From contig OZ176058.1 in assembly GCA_964247055.1 (NCBI GenBank), forward strand, positions 2,790,001 through 2,854,000: a stretch of DNA of 64,000 bases, written 5' to 3'. This DNA is from Paragordius varius (taxonomy: Eukaryota; Animalia; Nematomorpha). Positions 1 to 12,593 of this stretch are shown here, piece after piece. The notes under the pieces are model-generated. The model was not told the DNA's origin. It was given only the letters and a program-made list of their open reading frames with translations, and did no database searches. A program made the position numbers and the translations under genes. The number at the start of each line of letters is the position of its first letter. The first letter of the stretch is position 1.

Positions 1-467
1 ACTTAAACTTGTTTATAATGAAAAGTGTGAGAAAGAAATGTTATTATAAATTGAAATTAAAAAATTTATTAAGTTTAAAAACAGTATGATTGTCCATTGA
101 AAAAAAATATTTGTGTTTATATTTTTTCGTATTGTCCGTATAAATTCAATTTTTACTGTACATTTGAGATACTAATACAAGTATTTTTGTGTTTATAGTA
201 TAATTTAAAATTAATAGTAAATAGATGGCAATTTTATACCTTAACTGATATATTAGTAAAGGAAAAATATTTTATACATTTTTTTGAATTGGAAATAATC
301 ACAAGAAAAATATTAGTAATTGAAAAGGGAAAAAACCCATTCGTTGTAACTTTTAACATTTAATATATCGTCTGTGGCTTATTCCCATATCATCATATAC
401 AGTAAAAACAAAAAAGAATAGTAAATATTAAAATATGTTTATTACTAATTTTTATCCAATGGCAATA

Positions 468-649
468 CAGTATACATTTTGATGGTTGCTTATTTCACAC
501 TATAGTAGGGCAATTTGCAACACATGAATGTATGGAGAAAAGATAAGAAATAATTGTTTATTTAACATTTTGGTGTTTTCCATACATTCCTGTGTTGCAA
601 ATTGCCCCCTACTAAAGTGTGAAATAAGCAACCATTAAAGTGCATACTG
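468..649. mobile_element. Palindromic MITE (Tc1/mariner-like, TA TSD); second copy at about 23660-23845
   Basis: TA|CAGTAT..ATACTG|TA, with long internal inverted arms (GGTTGCTTATTTCACACT..AGGGCAATTTGCAACAC). Confidence 0.8.
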
Positions 650-689
650 TAAATAATTATAATACCTAATTTTACAAGTGTGATTAGAT

Positions 690-1020
690 TTAAACATATG
701 ACTGTAAACACTACTATTTATATTACAGTTGTTAAAATCCGTAATATAACGATAAAGGATAATTAAATAGATATTAAATGAAATTATAAATAGAAATTAT
801 AAACGATATGTGAAACCCTTCGTCAATAGTAATCGCAGACTAGTTTCGTGCTTGTTAGCACTCATCAGTACGACACAACTATTTGACTTGGGATTTTCAC
901 ATATCGATTTCGTATATTTATCCAACTTTGCAATTTTGGTATAAATGCAGTTGGTTCTATTACGGATTTAGACAACTGTTATTACAAAACATAAACAATC
1001 CGTTCATTACCATTACTACT
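690..1020. mobile_element. MITE-like dispersed repeat family G
   Basis: Conserved core GAAACCCTTCGTCAATAGTAATCGCAGACTAGTTTCGTGCTTGTTAGCACTCATCAGTACGACAC, also at about 10021-10365, 45450-45730 and inverted at 45898-46075. The arms ACAGTTGTTAAAATCCGTAA are inverted. Confidence 0.75.
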
Positions 1021-1025
1021 ATTTA

Positions 1026-1310
1026 CAGTAAAAATTGAAATTATACGGACAAAACGTGAAAATATAAAGACAAATATTTTTTTTAAAAGACAACCCAATA
1101 CACTTTAAATTATAATGATAACTCATTGTTTCAAACTATAAATAGGAAATAAAGATGTAAATTGATAACACAAGCAAAAGCAATTTATGTATTATACGAT
1201 AATATTAAATGTTTTTATGGGTAAAATGAGGTTTAAAAAATTATCATTGTCTTTGAGAAAAAAATTGTCCTTTTATTTTGTTTTTGTCCGTATAATTTTA
1301 ATTCTACCAT
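1026..1310. mobile_element. MITE family A (about 280 bp, TIR CAGTAAAAATTGAAATTATACGGACAAAACG, TA TSD), high copy
   Basis: Other copies or ends at about 120-158, 11907-12165, 14403-14682, 18350-18632, 18746-19029, 32140-32200, 38225-38527 and 63326-63598. Confidence 0.8.
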
Positions 1311-2657
1311 AACATTTTATGCTAGCTCATTGCGAAAATTTGGTAAAAACCTATTTTATTTTTTTTAAAAAAACACTTCTAATGTATTTAGGGTGAAGAA
1401 ACATTTTGAAGGCATATAATAACCTTTAAACAACTATATATTAAACTTCTAATTATTGATGTTCCTATACAAATATTCTGAATAAAACTTTACAAACTTT
1501 GGCAATTAACTTAATTATTAAAATAAATAGTAATTTATTTTTTTGGTAAATTTTTTACAATTTTATGTTCGAAGTCTACATCAACTTATTAATACCCATT
1601 TATTTTTCAAATACGGCTCCTGAAACGATTTGTGTTGGCCTCTTCTCTAAAAATTATCAAAGTGTTTCCGTACACTTTTATAAAGAAAAAATAAAAAGAG
1701 AATATATAATATACGCAATTAAACAGAAACCAAAAAATGTTTTAAAAAAAAATATTTTAAAATTATACTGTCGGTTCATTTGTGGGACCGGTTATATAAA
1801 AAAACCGTATGATATACAGTAAAAATTAAACAATACAGTCAAAATGTAAAAACACAAAAAATATTATTTTCGAAATATAACCCGTTGTAGATTGCAGATA
1901 AGGAAGAGAAATGTATATTGATAACACGTTAAATTAATTATATAATTTATTGTAAAATGTGTTTATGTAGATTAAAATCAAACTCATGAAGGTTTGATTG
2001 TCGTAATTAAAATGTGACTGTGTTTTTTACGTTTTAAGTGTATAACATTAATTTTACTCTATATTTGGGTAAATGTATTAAAAAATGTTGTCGGGTAATT
2101 TCGAAAAAGATATATATGAGGGAAAAATGCTAAATTAAAATTTAAAGTTCGAGAAGCATTTAATTATAAAATAAATAATATTTTTCAAACACATGTGACA
2201 ATTTCGCTAAAATAAATATATTTATTAGACGATAAAATACAATACAATATAAAAAAATTATCTAAATGTTATAAAAATAAGTGTTTCTAAAACTAATCAT
2301 CACAAATCGATAGATACATAAATATATGTATAATTCATAATATATTAAAATTTGTGGGGGTAGTTTAAATTCCAATATCATTAAAGTATAAATTAAAATT
2401 ATACAGACAGATTGTAACAATTAAAATTACATAAGTGAAAGTCAACCATATTTTTTGAACCTTAATTTTTCCTACATTAAACAACAATATAAATACAACA
2501 ATTATATAATGTACATCTCTATTCCCTATTTAGCAACCCAAAAGTGAGTTAATTTAAAACAAGGTTTTAAACAAATGGTTGTCTTTCTTTTTCGAAAAAA
2601 ATATGATATGGTTGTATTTGACTTTTTACGTTTTGTCTGTATAATTCTAATTTTCTT

Positions 2658-5600
2658 TCAGACAATAAATGCTTCTGAACTGGTCAGCATATATATTTTG
2701 TCATGCTGTAAGGCAAGATATTCTTTTGAATACATGCGATACAAATCAATATCACACTCTAAATTAAGATCGGAAATTAACTGTTTTATCAAAAGAAAAT
2801 TTTGATGTTTTGTTGTATTGTCGCCATGATTTATGAATGTTATATCAAAATATGTGATTGATTCTGATAAATCACCGTTTGGAATGCTTTCTGTTGCAGT
2901 TAAATTATGCACATATGATTCATCCAAAGTATTTTTAGGTGTACATTTAATATTATTCGATAATAAAATTTTAGTGGCTAATATATTGCAAAGTTCTGAA
3001 CAGATTTGTGCCGCATATTGTGATTGAGTTGCATATAGGGGACTAATGGTATAACCAACATATCGGGGTCTTAGCACTCCGTAACCTAGGCAACGTATGG
3101 ATGATTTGTCTAAATATTATATTCATATATATTTTCGATAAGATTCTTGAATAAAAATTGTGAATTCGATGTATAGATAAATGATGAGTTATCAAAGAAA
3201 GTATTATTGTTTTATCAATATTAACTGGCTTATAATAGAAACAGATTTTAATTTAAATAAACGAAATATATATACCTCAAGGGTAATAGTATGGATCTGA
3301 TTGCAAATCCAACAAAAAAATTTATAACTTATGATAAATAATCAAAGCAACAGGCAAATATACAGACAAAATCCAAAAGCTAAAAGAAAATATTTTTCTA
3401 AAACAACCAGCAAAATAGGAGATTGGAATAATTGTTTGACAATGAATAATGCAATTTAAGTCCTAACGATATAATAAAAAGGAAAAAAGGAGACTATAAA
3501 TCAGGGGCGTTTAATCAATACAATTGGTCTCACGGGCGGCATTTTCAGCTTATTAGTGGGCCAGGAAAACATAACAAGTGGTTATACGTAAATTTTAAAA
3601 AAATTTTAATACTGAAATTTTAAAAAAATTAGGACCACAATATACCTTTTAATTATTCTATTTTTGTTTATTTCTCTGTCAAAATTTGAAATAATGGTTT
3701 CAGATTTTCTTACATTTTTAAACCAGAAGCTAGTTTAGCTTCAAAACTTTTTTCTTTAAGGCTATAGTTTTTAATTATTTTATATAAATGATATTTTTTA
3801 AAAAACTGATAGTACTTAACGAAATATTTAAAAGTTTATTAATATACGTCGAAAAAAATTCTATTTAAGGATGTTATTAAAAAAATATAATTTGTATTAT
3901 TAAAAATATATTTTAACTAAATGATATAAAATTTACAAATTTACTAAGATATTTAAACTATAAAATGTTGAATTTATTAGTTTTTTTCCCCAAATTTCTT
4001 GTGGGCCGTATATTTGGAAGGCCGCATGCACCCTTGTACTACAATTAATTGTCAATTAACCATTTTTTATAAATGCAATTTAAGAATATAAAAAAATTCA
4101 ACTATAAAGATAAAAATCAAAATAAATTTTTTTAAATTTGTAGCCAATTTTGTCCGCAGATGAAATAAATTATTTATATGTTTTTTAACACTCATCTGGT
4201 TTAAAATTTATAATTATTCATTTTATTTTATTAATTTGACAAAGTTGGAGGTTTCAAACGAAAATCCAATAATTTCTGAGGTTTGCTTCAAATGATTCTA
4301 AAATCTACTAATGGTCTTAATTTGTTATCAAAGATTTTTTAAATAATTAAGCATTTGTTAACCTGACGTATGTTTTCGCTCAAAAAGCGCTATCGTATGG
4401 GTATGAGAATGGGTAAGCAAAAAAGATTTAAGAAATTCATTTCTTTCTGAACCGTAATGTATTTGCGCATCAAATTCACAAAGTGTATCCCATAAATGTT
4501 CAGGACACAATCGTTCTGAGTCTAGGCTATCAGGGTCACCAGTAATTTTATGCATAAATATTTCATCATTTGTGTTGGTGTTGATGCAATTCTTTAAATT
4601 AGTTTGATCCACCATTTGGCAAAGATATTTGGAGGAGGGGAAAGCGTTTACCAAATTTTTCGCAAAGTTAAGGAGTTGTATTGCACTAAGCTTGTAATTC
4701 CGATATATGCTAACTATGGAGAGTAAATAGATATATAAAAATAGTTAATATTAACAAAAAAGCACAATAAAATTACAGGGATCCATCTTTTACTTTGATA
4801 TAAAAAGAGCGAAAAGGGGTCAAAATAATTCACACAAAAAGCGTTCAAATTTATGTGGTCACAAGTTACGAACATTAATGCATTCCTAGATCTAACCCAA
4901 CATAAATTCTACAAGAAAGAGGAAGCAGTTAATGTTAGTGTCTTTTAAAAGGCAGAAATTTAGAATGCAGAGTTCTAGTAAGAGTAATGGTTATTGAGTA
5001 TGTGAAACAAATGGCTCTAGGCATCATGCAGGCGAGTGTTAAAGACGAGCAATACTAATAGTATTTAGAGTAAAGTGACCAGATAAGCTGTTTTTCGCAG
5101 TACAGTACTGGATTTTTAGAAAATAACTGCGGCTGTACTGCGCCCACTTTTGTACCGCTTTTTGAAATTAAAAAAAAAGTGAATTAATTATGAATATATA
5201 TTAATTACCTTTTATTTATTCATAAAAAAAATTATTTTTTTGATATTACCCTCTGTATATTCAATTTGTTTCATGCATGAAACCATGTGATTGAAAGCGG
5301 GAGGATATTCAAGGATAGTATTTTTTATTATATACTATAAATATATTTAAAAAATAGGTTTCCTTTTAGTAATTATTAATCTTTTTCTTTGTTTTGTAGA
5401 GTTTTTATTTTATTTGTATGCTAAGTATGTAATTTAAAGAGTAACATAATTCTTAAGTCATCAAAAATCATTGTTATACAGATCTCTCTCATTTTTTCTC
5501 TACTCCTTGGTGCCTAATTATTTTATTTTTACTAGCCTAGCCATAATTTCTTTATATTTTTCCTTTATGATTGCCAGACAGAGCAAAATATCAATATTTA

Positions 5601-8600
5601 TAATTTATCCAAATTAACAACATTTATAAAGATTACTCTTTAATTTTAATTATTCTAGATATTTATTTTTTGTAAAGAGGGTAAGTGAGAGGGAAGGCAA
5701 TGGCAAACCACCCTCGTTTATTACTGCCAAAAAATAGTTTTACTAAATGAACTTAACAAGAATTTTCAAAGTTGGATGCTGGAATGTACGTTCCTTAACA
5801 TCAACCAAACAAGTGATAATTGAAAAGGAAATGGAAAGATTGAACATAGATATACTGGGTCTAACGGAAACCAAGCAAAAAGGTAGCGCGAAAGTACAAA
5901 ACGAAAATTATACATTGTTAAGATCGGGGAGAGATGACCAGAAATCTGAAGGCGTTGCAGTATTAATAAAAAACAAATTAAATAAAAGTCTCATTAGTTA
6001 TACACCATATACACCCAGAATCATGAGTATTAGGCTGAATGCCAAGCCACTTAAATTTACATACATAGTAGTCTATGCTCCTACGTCAAACGCTCCCAAA
6101 GAAGACATAGAGGACTTTTATGCAACGTTGCAAATAGTTTTGGATGAAACGAAGAAAGGAGATATGATTATCATAGGAGGGGATTGGAACAGCAAAGTTG
6201 GTAGAGGTAGAGTAGATCAAATAGTCGGGCCATATGGATTGGGAGAACGAAACGAGGCCGGGGAAGCACTGATCAATTTTTGTCAAGAAAATGAGATGAT
6301 GATAACCAACACATGGTTTCCACAACACAATAGGAGGTTATACACATGGACCTCTCCATGTGGTAAATATAAGAATCAAATTGATTACATAATGTGTCCT
6401 CAAAAATGGAAAAGCTCTATAATTGATACCAAAACAAGCAGAAGCAGCGATTGCTCTAGCGATCATGAGCTTTTAATAACCAAAATCAAACTTAAAATAA
6501 TTAAAAATAAGGTTAAACAGATATACAGATATGACACTCGGAACATTCCAAATAGTTTTAGAACAGAAACCAAAGATAGATTAGAAAGATTGGACAATGG
6601 ATGTAGCTCAGAACAATTATGGGGAACGATAAAAAATGTTGTTAATGAAGTGGCAAAAGAAAAAGTGCAGAGAGTAAAGAGGAAAGATAACAAATGGATA
6701 TCAGAAAAGAGTATAGAGATAGCAGAAAAGAGGAGAAAAGCTAAATCAAGAGGTGATAATAAAATGGTAAAATTATATAACAAAGAATTTCAACGACAAA
6801 CAAGGAAGGATTACGAAGATTTTCTTAATAAACAATGTCTGGAAGTGGAATTAAATAACAAAAAAGGATTAATGCAACCAATGTTCCAGAAACTGAAGCA
6901 AATGACTCATAAACCTTTTATATCATCACAAAAGATTAAAAAAGAGAATGGCACCATATTGTGCAAACAAACAGAAGTACGAGAAAGATGGAAGGAATAC
7001 ACCCAAAAACTCTATCAGGCTCCTCAAACAAAGGTGTTGCAATTAAAAGAAGAAGAACGTGATCCAGATATATTAAGAGAGGAGGTTGAATTAGCCTTAA
7101 AACAAATTCCTAGCAACAAAGCGACGGGATTAGACAATATCCCAATAGAGTTCATAAAAGCTATTCCCGTTGAAAAGTTACACAAGCTATGTCAAAAGGT
7201 GTGGGAAACATGTGAGTGGCCAAACGATTGGGCATCATCTGTATATCTCCCAATATATAAAAAAGGAGATGTACTCCAATGCGAGAATTATCGGAACATA
7301 TCTCTTATTAGCCACGCTAGTAAGGTCTTACTAAAAGTAATACAAAACAGAATGCACAGTATCATACAGACAGAAATACCAGAAAATCAAGCTGGATTTA
7401 TGAAGGGAAAAAGCACAAGAGACCATATCTCAAACATGAGAAGGATAATGGAAACATCAAAAGAGTTCCAGAAAGAATTATACATGTGTTTTATTGATTA
7501 CAGACAAGCATTTGATTCAATTAACTATGACTCCTTGTGGGAAACATTAAAGTTAGTAGGGGTATCGTCTCACTTAATAAGATTGATTAGCTCTCTATAT
7601 GTAAAACAAAGAGCGATTATTAGAACACCAGCGGGGGACACAGACGAAATACCAATCTTGAAAGGAGTCAGACAAGGGTGTTGCTTATCCCCTTATCTGT
7701 TCAATATGTGCACAGAAATGATAATGAGGAAGTTGGATGGTAAAAATATTGGAGTAAGAATAGGAGGGAGAACAATCAATAATTTAAGGTTTGCAGACGA
7801 TACCACTCTTATAGCTGAAAGTGCAAATGATTTGAAGGAATTGATTGAAGAGATTCGAAAGGAAAGTTTGAGGTATGGTCTTAGGCTTAATCCTAACAAA
7901 ACCAAAATATTATGTACAGGAAAAAAGCCTACAATTATAATAGAAGGAGTAGAAATAGAAATAGTTAAACAGTTAACGTTTTTGGGCGCAATAATTTCAG
8001 AGGATGGGTCTTCAACTCCTGACATCAGAAAGAGAATAGGATTGGGTAGAGAAGCGATGACCAAATTAATAAAGATTTGGAAAAACAAAAGCGTAGGAGT
8101 TGAAACCAAAAAAAGATTACTCTACTGTTTCGTTCTCCCGGTCACCACATATGGATGTGAGAGTTGGACCCTCAAAAAAAGGGACAAAGAAAGGCTCATG
8201 GCTTTTGAAAGGAGCTGCTGGCGTAGGATGCTAGGATACACCTGGAAGGATAAAATTAAGAATGAAAGTCTAACTACAGAAATAAAACCTAAAACAAACA
8301 TCATGGAGATAATTCTAAAAAGAAAGTTAACATATTTTGGTCATGTCATGCGATCGAATTCTCTGGAGAAAGATACAATGTTTGGGAAGGTAGAAGGGCA
8401 AAGGAAACGAGGCCGACCACCGATGAGGTGGTTGGATATGATAAAAGAAGAGACCAAAATGACACTGAAAGAGCTCAATATAGCGGTTAAAGATAGAAAA
8501 AAATGGAAAGAAATAGTTAAAACTATATCCAAAAAGTCGTTTACGACTTAGGAAAAACCAACCAACCAACCAAAACAACCCCATAATTTGTAAAGAAATG

Positions 8601-11600
8601 GTTCATTTTGGGGAAAACTAAGATTGGCCTATTATTAATTGGTTAATATTATTTCTCCTATAATTATACATAAAATTGTATTTTGGATCGATAAACCGCT
8701 TTTCATTGCATCGAGCAGTGGCGAAACTATAAATCTCGGACTCCACCGTAAGTTTCAGGCTTATGGCTCTTTCACACAGGGCTGCCGAAATTTTTAATTT
8801 ATGATATTTTAATAAATGTTTGATCACGTTTAGAAAGATCATCTTTTGTTATAATTATCAAACGGAAAATTATATAGAAATTTATTCCTGTATTATAATT
8901 TATTATATATGGCATATGATTTCAAAATAATCTTTTTTTCGTAATAATTAAGAGTTTTTAAGTTTCCATACTCATTAGGTGGGAGGTATGTCACTTAATT
9001 TTTTCCCTAAACCTTAATATTTAGTTTTCTTATTTTTTTACATAAACAAATTTGAGATATTTCGTTGAAGCGTACTTCAAACTATTTTAAAGCATGATGG
9101 AAACGGGATAACGCTTTAAGATATAATAAAACCCTTTTTCAAAATAATTTGATTTTGATTCCCATTACTATAGGTTAAGAATTTATTTTTAAAGGTTTGT
9201 TTGCTGGATTTTGGTGATTTTTTGTAAAAAAATTTTTTATTTGACATAAATTTGAAAACAAACGAATATTTTAATCAAAATTATGAGAAAAATGTTTAGC
9301 ATTATCGAATTATATATATAAATGGTCCAACATCTTAACCCTTTATATCGTTTCCATCGTGCTCAAAATAGTATGAAATACGCTTCAACAAAATTTTGCT
9401 AAAAATTAAATATTCGAATGCATTTTTTAAAAATATATTTAGTTGATATCAAAATATAGCATATTGAAATAATTGCACAATGTCGGATTTTTGCGTTTTT
9501 TAAGAGAACGTATGTTTCAAAAGAGCCAAAAAATTTGGGACCTTTAGACCCCACCTATTAAAATTTTTAAAAAGATCTTTGCTTTTTATATGTAGTTTAT
9601 GTTATATTTTAGTGATATTTTTTGAAATAAAGTATTTAGTTTTCACCACAAAATATATTTGAAATTGCGAACCTTTTGCAATTTTATGCGGAGCACTTAC
9701 CACAAAAGTGTAAACAACCCTCTTTAATAATAAAGGTTAAAACCAACGACACCATGATAATCCTGATATTTTCCTATCAGAATATTTTGTTTCATCAGGA
9801 TATTTTTTGTACTGTGTTAATATACTACACCGATGGTGTAAAAACAAAGTGTGTTTTAATTTTGTACTGCGTCAAAGTTAAAAATATCTGGTCACATTAA
9901 TTTAGAGTTATTTTCTTATCCCTTCAACAAAAAATGGAATCACAAAACCCTTAAACCAGGGGTATTTAACCCAAATGACCGGCATTTCAAACATATATAT
10001 CGTCAATAATCCAATCATAAAACTGTAATGGTAAATGACGGATTGATTTTGTTTTGTAATAACAGTTGTAAAATTCGTAGGATAATGATAAAATTAAACA
10101 GTAAATTAATTGAAAGTTGTATTTATTAACAGAAATTATAAACGATTAAAACCCTTTCGTCAATAGTAATCTTAGACTTGTTTCGTGCTTGTTAGCATTC
10201 ATCAGTACGACACAACTATTTGGCTTAAGGTTTTCACATATCTTTCTATATATTCAACGTTGCAATTTTGGAATACGAATCAAATTAAATTGGTTTATCA
10301 TTATCTTACGGATTTAACAATTCTTATTACAAAACATAATCAATCCGTCATTTACCATTATAAGACTGTAATGTTCATACACAATTTAACATTTTTTTTA
10401 GCTCGTTGCCAATCAATTGGGTAGACTTATTCTAAAATTTTGTTTAAGAAATGTCAATTTTTCAAAGATTTTGTAAGCATATTTTTGCAAATTATGGATC
10501 TCCCAAAATTTTGGCGGGCCTCACATAATGTCTCGTAGGGCCCCGTGTTGGACAACACTGCCCTAAACTATGTATTCTATATTTTTACATTCGCATACCA
10601 TATATTATGGAAATAAATTCGAGTCTCAAATACGCTAAAAATTAATTTGATCACTATTAATATTCTTATTACATTAATAAATGTATGTATTGATATATAC
10701 CATTTACACTTCAATTTGCCCTAGAATATTTTTAATTCGCGTGAAACACTCTAAACTTACCTTAAAAATTATAAGATATTGGGGTAATCAATATTGATAG
10801 CAAAAAATATTTTTTTGGCATCGTATAACTCAAGATAGAAAATTATCTATACAACTAATTTTACCATTTTTTGTGTATTATTTTAGCAAATGACAAAATT
10901 TCATTTTTAGAAAAAAAACATAGGTAATTATTTGATATTAAAAATAAACGTTTAATTTAGAATGAATTTAAAATGTTAATGTGTCAGGAATAATTGTAGA
11001 ATAGGGGGAGAAACGTTGGCATATATATAAGATGTAAATAGCTATAATACAATATAAGTACACATTAAGAAAGTTATTAATTATTGAAAAAAAGCATATA
11101 CAACAAAGGTCAGTATTTAAGGATGGAAAAAATTTTCTGATTTTCTAAAGGGTAGTATTATTGGCTTATAGTTAATTTTTTCACATTTTATTATTATTTC
11201 TCAATAATATTTCTCTCAGTTGCACATATGCTATATGGCAATAATTTAAACTTTCTAGCAATATATACTTACTCATATGTAATATATTAATGCCGCTATA
11301 ATACCTGTTTCATACAAAGAAAGTCCAAGTTTTTCATTGGGTTTTATGCGACTCTCAACGGCATTCAGGCTTAAGATTCTTTCGGGTCCAATATAATCCG
11401 CACGGGTTTGCCATAATTTACCCCCAATACCCTTGTTTCGGAATTCAGGATCGACACAAAACATACCCCCTGAGGAGATTAATAAATCCTTATTTGTGTT
11501 AAAATCACAGGTTGATTTGGGAAAGTTTATGGCTAAAATTGAACCTAAACATAGTTGATGGAATATATTATTGTTATTTACAACACATACTCTTATACAA

Positions 11601-12593
11601 TTTACCCTTAAACATTTCGAATTAACTCTTGAACATCCAAAATTTTCACCTATTTTTAACTCATATTTATATATATATATATATATACCATTTCCAGTTC
11701 AAATTCACCCTAAAATAAGTTATGTGTTTTTTATGATTTAAAATTTTTTTTATTTTATAATATTTTTAAAATATGAAATTCTGCTTCAGATCAATATAAC
11801 GCTGAAAAAATAAGAAACCATGTAGTAAAAATATATTATGATGAGTTATATTATTCCGAAACCACATAATTTATTTTTAGGGTGAATTTTAATTGTAAAT
11901 GATAGAGGTAAAACTGAAATTACACGGACAAAACGTAAATATATACAAAGACAAATATTTTATTTTAAAGACAAAACCATACTTTATAGATTTTGATATT
12001 TTTAATAGCAAAGTTTGAAATAGAGATACATACTATTTGTAACACAATCAATTTTATACTTTACAATTGTAATTAAATAAATAGCTTTAGGAAAATTTAA
12101 GATTTTTAAAAGTAAAATATTTGTCTTCTTTATATATTTAAGTTTTTTTGTCCGTATAGAACTGCATAAATAATTACCTACCTATGATGGCATCATTGTC
12201 ATTCCGCTTGGCTACTAAAAACCCGTCAGGGTAATGTTTATAAATGTCTTGAGCAAAATCGGGGTGTCCTTTTAACCCATAAAGTTGGAACCGCTTTTGA
12301 CTTAGGGCATATATATCTTGGGGTGTTGCAACACATATTCTGTAAAAATTTAACGGATCTTTCCACAAAACTTTTTCTAACGGCGTTAGGGTTGATGGTA
12401 ATTGAACCAAGTCTGAAGTTATAAAATCATCGATATTCATTATTAAACATCTATCCATTTTCTTCGTTTCAAAATTTAGTGGACTAAGACATGGTTCACA
12501 ACAACTCCCTGTTGAGGTATCGGAGAAACCACTATCTGACCGATTATCAGTTTGGAGAATGGTAGGATCTGGCGATAACGATTTTTCTTTCAT
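2658..12593 (-). CDS. Two-domain GNAT N-acetyltransferase (YitH / holothin-acyltransferase-like), about 484 aa, 4 exons
   Basis: Exons (minus): 12593-12182, 11544-11305, 4713-4363, 3109-2658. All GT-AG, all phase 1, 1455 nt open. Exon 2 has GNAT motif A (FCVDPEFRNKGIGGKLW). Exons 3-4 have LCEFDAQIH..ERNEFLKSFL, GYGVLRPRYVGYTISPLYA and a C-terminal RMY..L..DKIY.LTS.E, resembling the YitH C-terminal domain. The exon 2/3 junction is the least certain. Confidence 0.75.
5679..8586 (+). mobile_element. Near full-length RTE/BovB-like non-LTR retrotransposon in GNAT intron 2, antisense to host
   Basis: 5' leader GAAGGCAATGGCAAACCACC resembles RTE/BovB leaders. The 3' tail is (CCAA)n. Candidate 10-bp TSD TTTGTAAAGA at 5669-5678 and 8587-8596. 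Confidence 0.9.
5747..8551 (+). CDS. RTE-clade LINE single ORF: AP endonuclease plus reverse transcriptase, 934 aa, intact
   Basis: APE motifs GCWNVRSL, GLTETK, GDWNSKVG, IDYIM, SDHE. RT motifs YRNISLISH, GVRQGCCLSP, LRFADD. RTE-type C-terminus (YFGHVMR, GRPPMRWLD). Confidence 0.97.
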   Translation: MNLTRIFKVGCWNVRSLTSTKQVIIEKEMERLNIDILGLTETKQKGSAKVQNENYTLLRSGRDDQKSEGVAVLIKNKLNKSLISYTPYTPRIMSIRLNAKPLKFTYIVVYAPTSNAPKEDIEDFYATLQIVLDETKKGDMIIIGGDWNSKVGRGRVDQIVGPYGLGERNEAGEALINFCQENEMMITNTWFPQHNRRLYTWTSPCGKYKNQIDYIMCPQKWKSSIIDTKTSRSSDCSSDHELLITKIKLKIIKNKVKQIYRYDTRNIPNSFRTETKDRLERLDNGCSSEQLWGTIKNVVNEVAKEKVQRVKRKDNKWISEKSIEIAEKRRKAKSRGDNKMVKLYNKEFQRQTRKDYEDFLNKQCLEVELNNKKGLMQPMFQKLKQMTHKPFISSQKIKKENGTILCKQTEVRERWKEYTQKLYQAPQTKVLQLKEEERDPDILREEVELALKQIPSNKATGLDNIPIEFIKAIPVEKLHKLCQKVWETCEWPNDWASSVYLPIYKKGDVLQCENYRNISLISHASKVLLKVIQNRMHSIIQTEIPENQAGFMKGKSTRDHISNMRRIMETSKEFQKELYMCFIDYRQAFDSINYDSLWETLKLVGVSSHLIRLISSLYVKQRAIIRTPAGDTDEIPILKGVRQGCCLSPYLFNMCTEMIMRKLDGKNIGVRIGGRTINNLRFADDTTLIAESANDLKELIEEIRKESLRYGLRLNPNKTKILCTGKKPTIIIEGVEIEIVKQLTFLGAIISEDGSSTPDIRKRIGLGREAMTKLIKIWKNKSVGVETKKRLLYCFVLPVTTYGCESWTLKKRDKERLMAFERSCWRRMLGYTWKDKIKNESLTTEIKPKTNIMEIILKRKLTYFGHVMRSNSLEKDTMFGKVEGQRKRGRPPMRWLDMIKEETKMTLKELNIAVKDRKKWKEIVKTISKKSFTT
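9957..10560. mobile_element. Non-autonomous hAT-like element with a nested family G MITE
   Basis: Termini CAGGGGTATTTAAC / GTTGGACAACACTG. 8-bp TSD CCTTAAAC / CCCTAAAC (7 of 8). Related copies at about 42584-42850 and 49533-49723. Confidence 0.65.

Noticed and set aside
2575-3027. Plus-strand ORFs 2575-2805 and 2833-3027; likewise 24173-24586, 54167-54427, 59605-59814 and 60532-60744
   Set aside because: Antisense or off-frame overlaps of real exons, with no protein motifs.
5097-5143. 10-bp perfect inverted repeat CGCAGTACAG / CTGTACTGCG as a possible miRNA or terminator hairpin
   Set aside because: The stem is too short and the interior does not pair. No supporting context.
6086-8584. Minus-strand ORFs 6086-6328, 6463-6783, 7693-8109, 8122-8304, 8327-8584 and 8341-8532
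   Set aside because: Antisense shadows of the RTE ORF.
11273-11275. In-frame TGA in GNAT exon 2 as selenocysteine or readthrough
   Set aside because: An upstream donor gives a stop-free spliced frame, and I saw no SECIS-like element.
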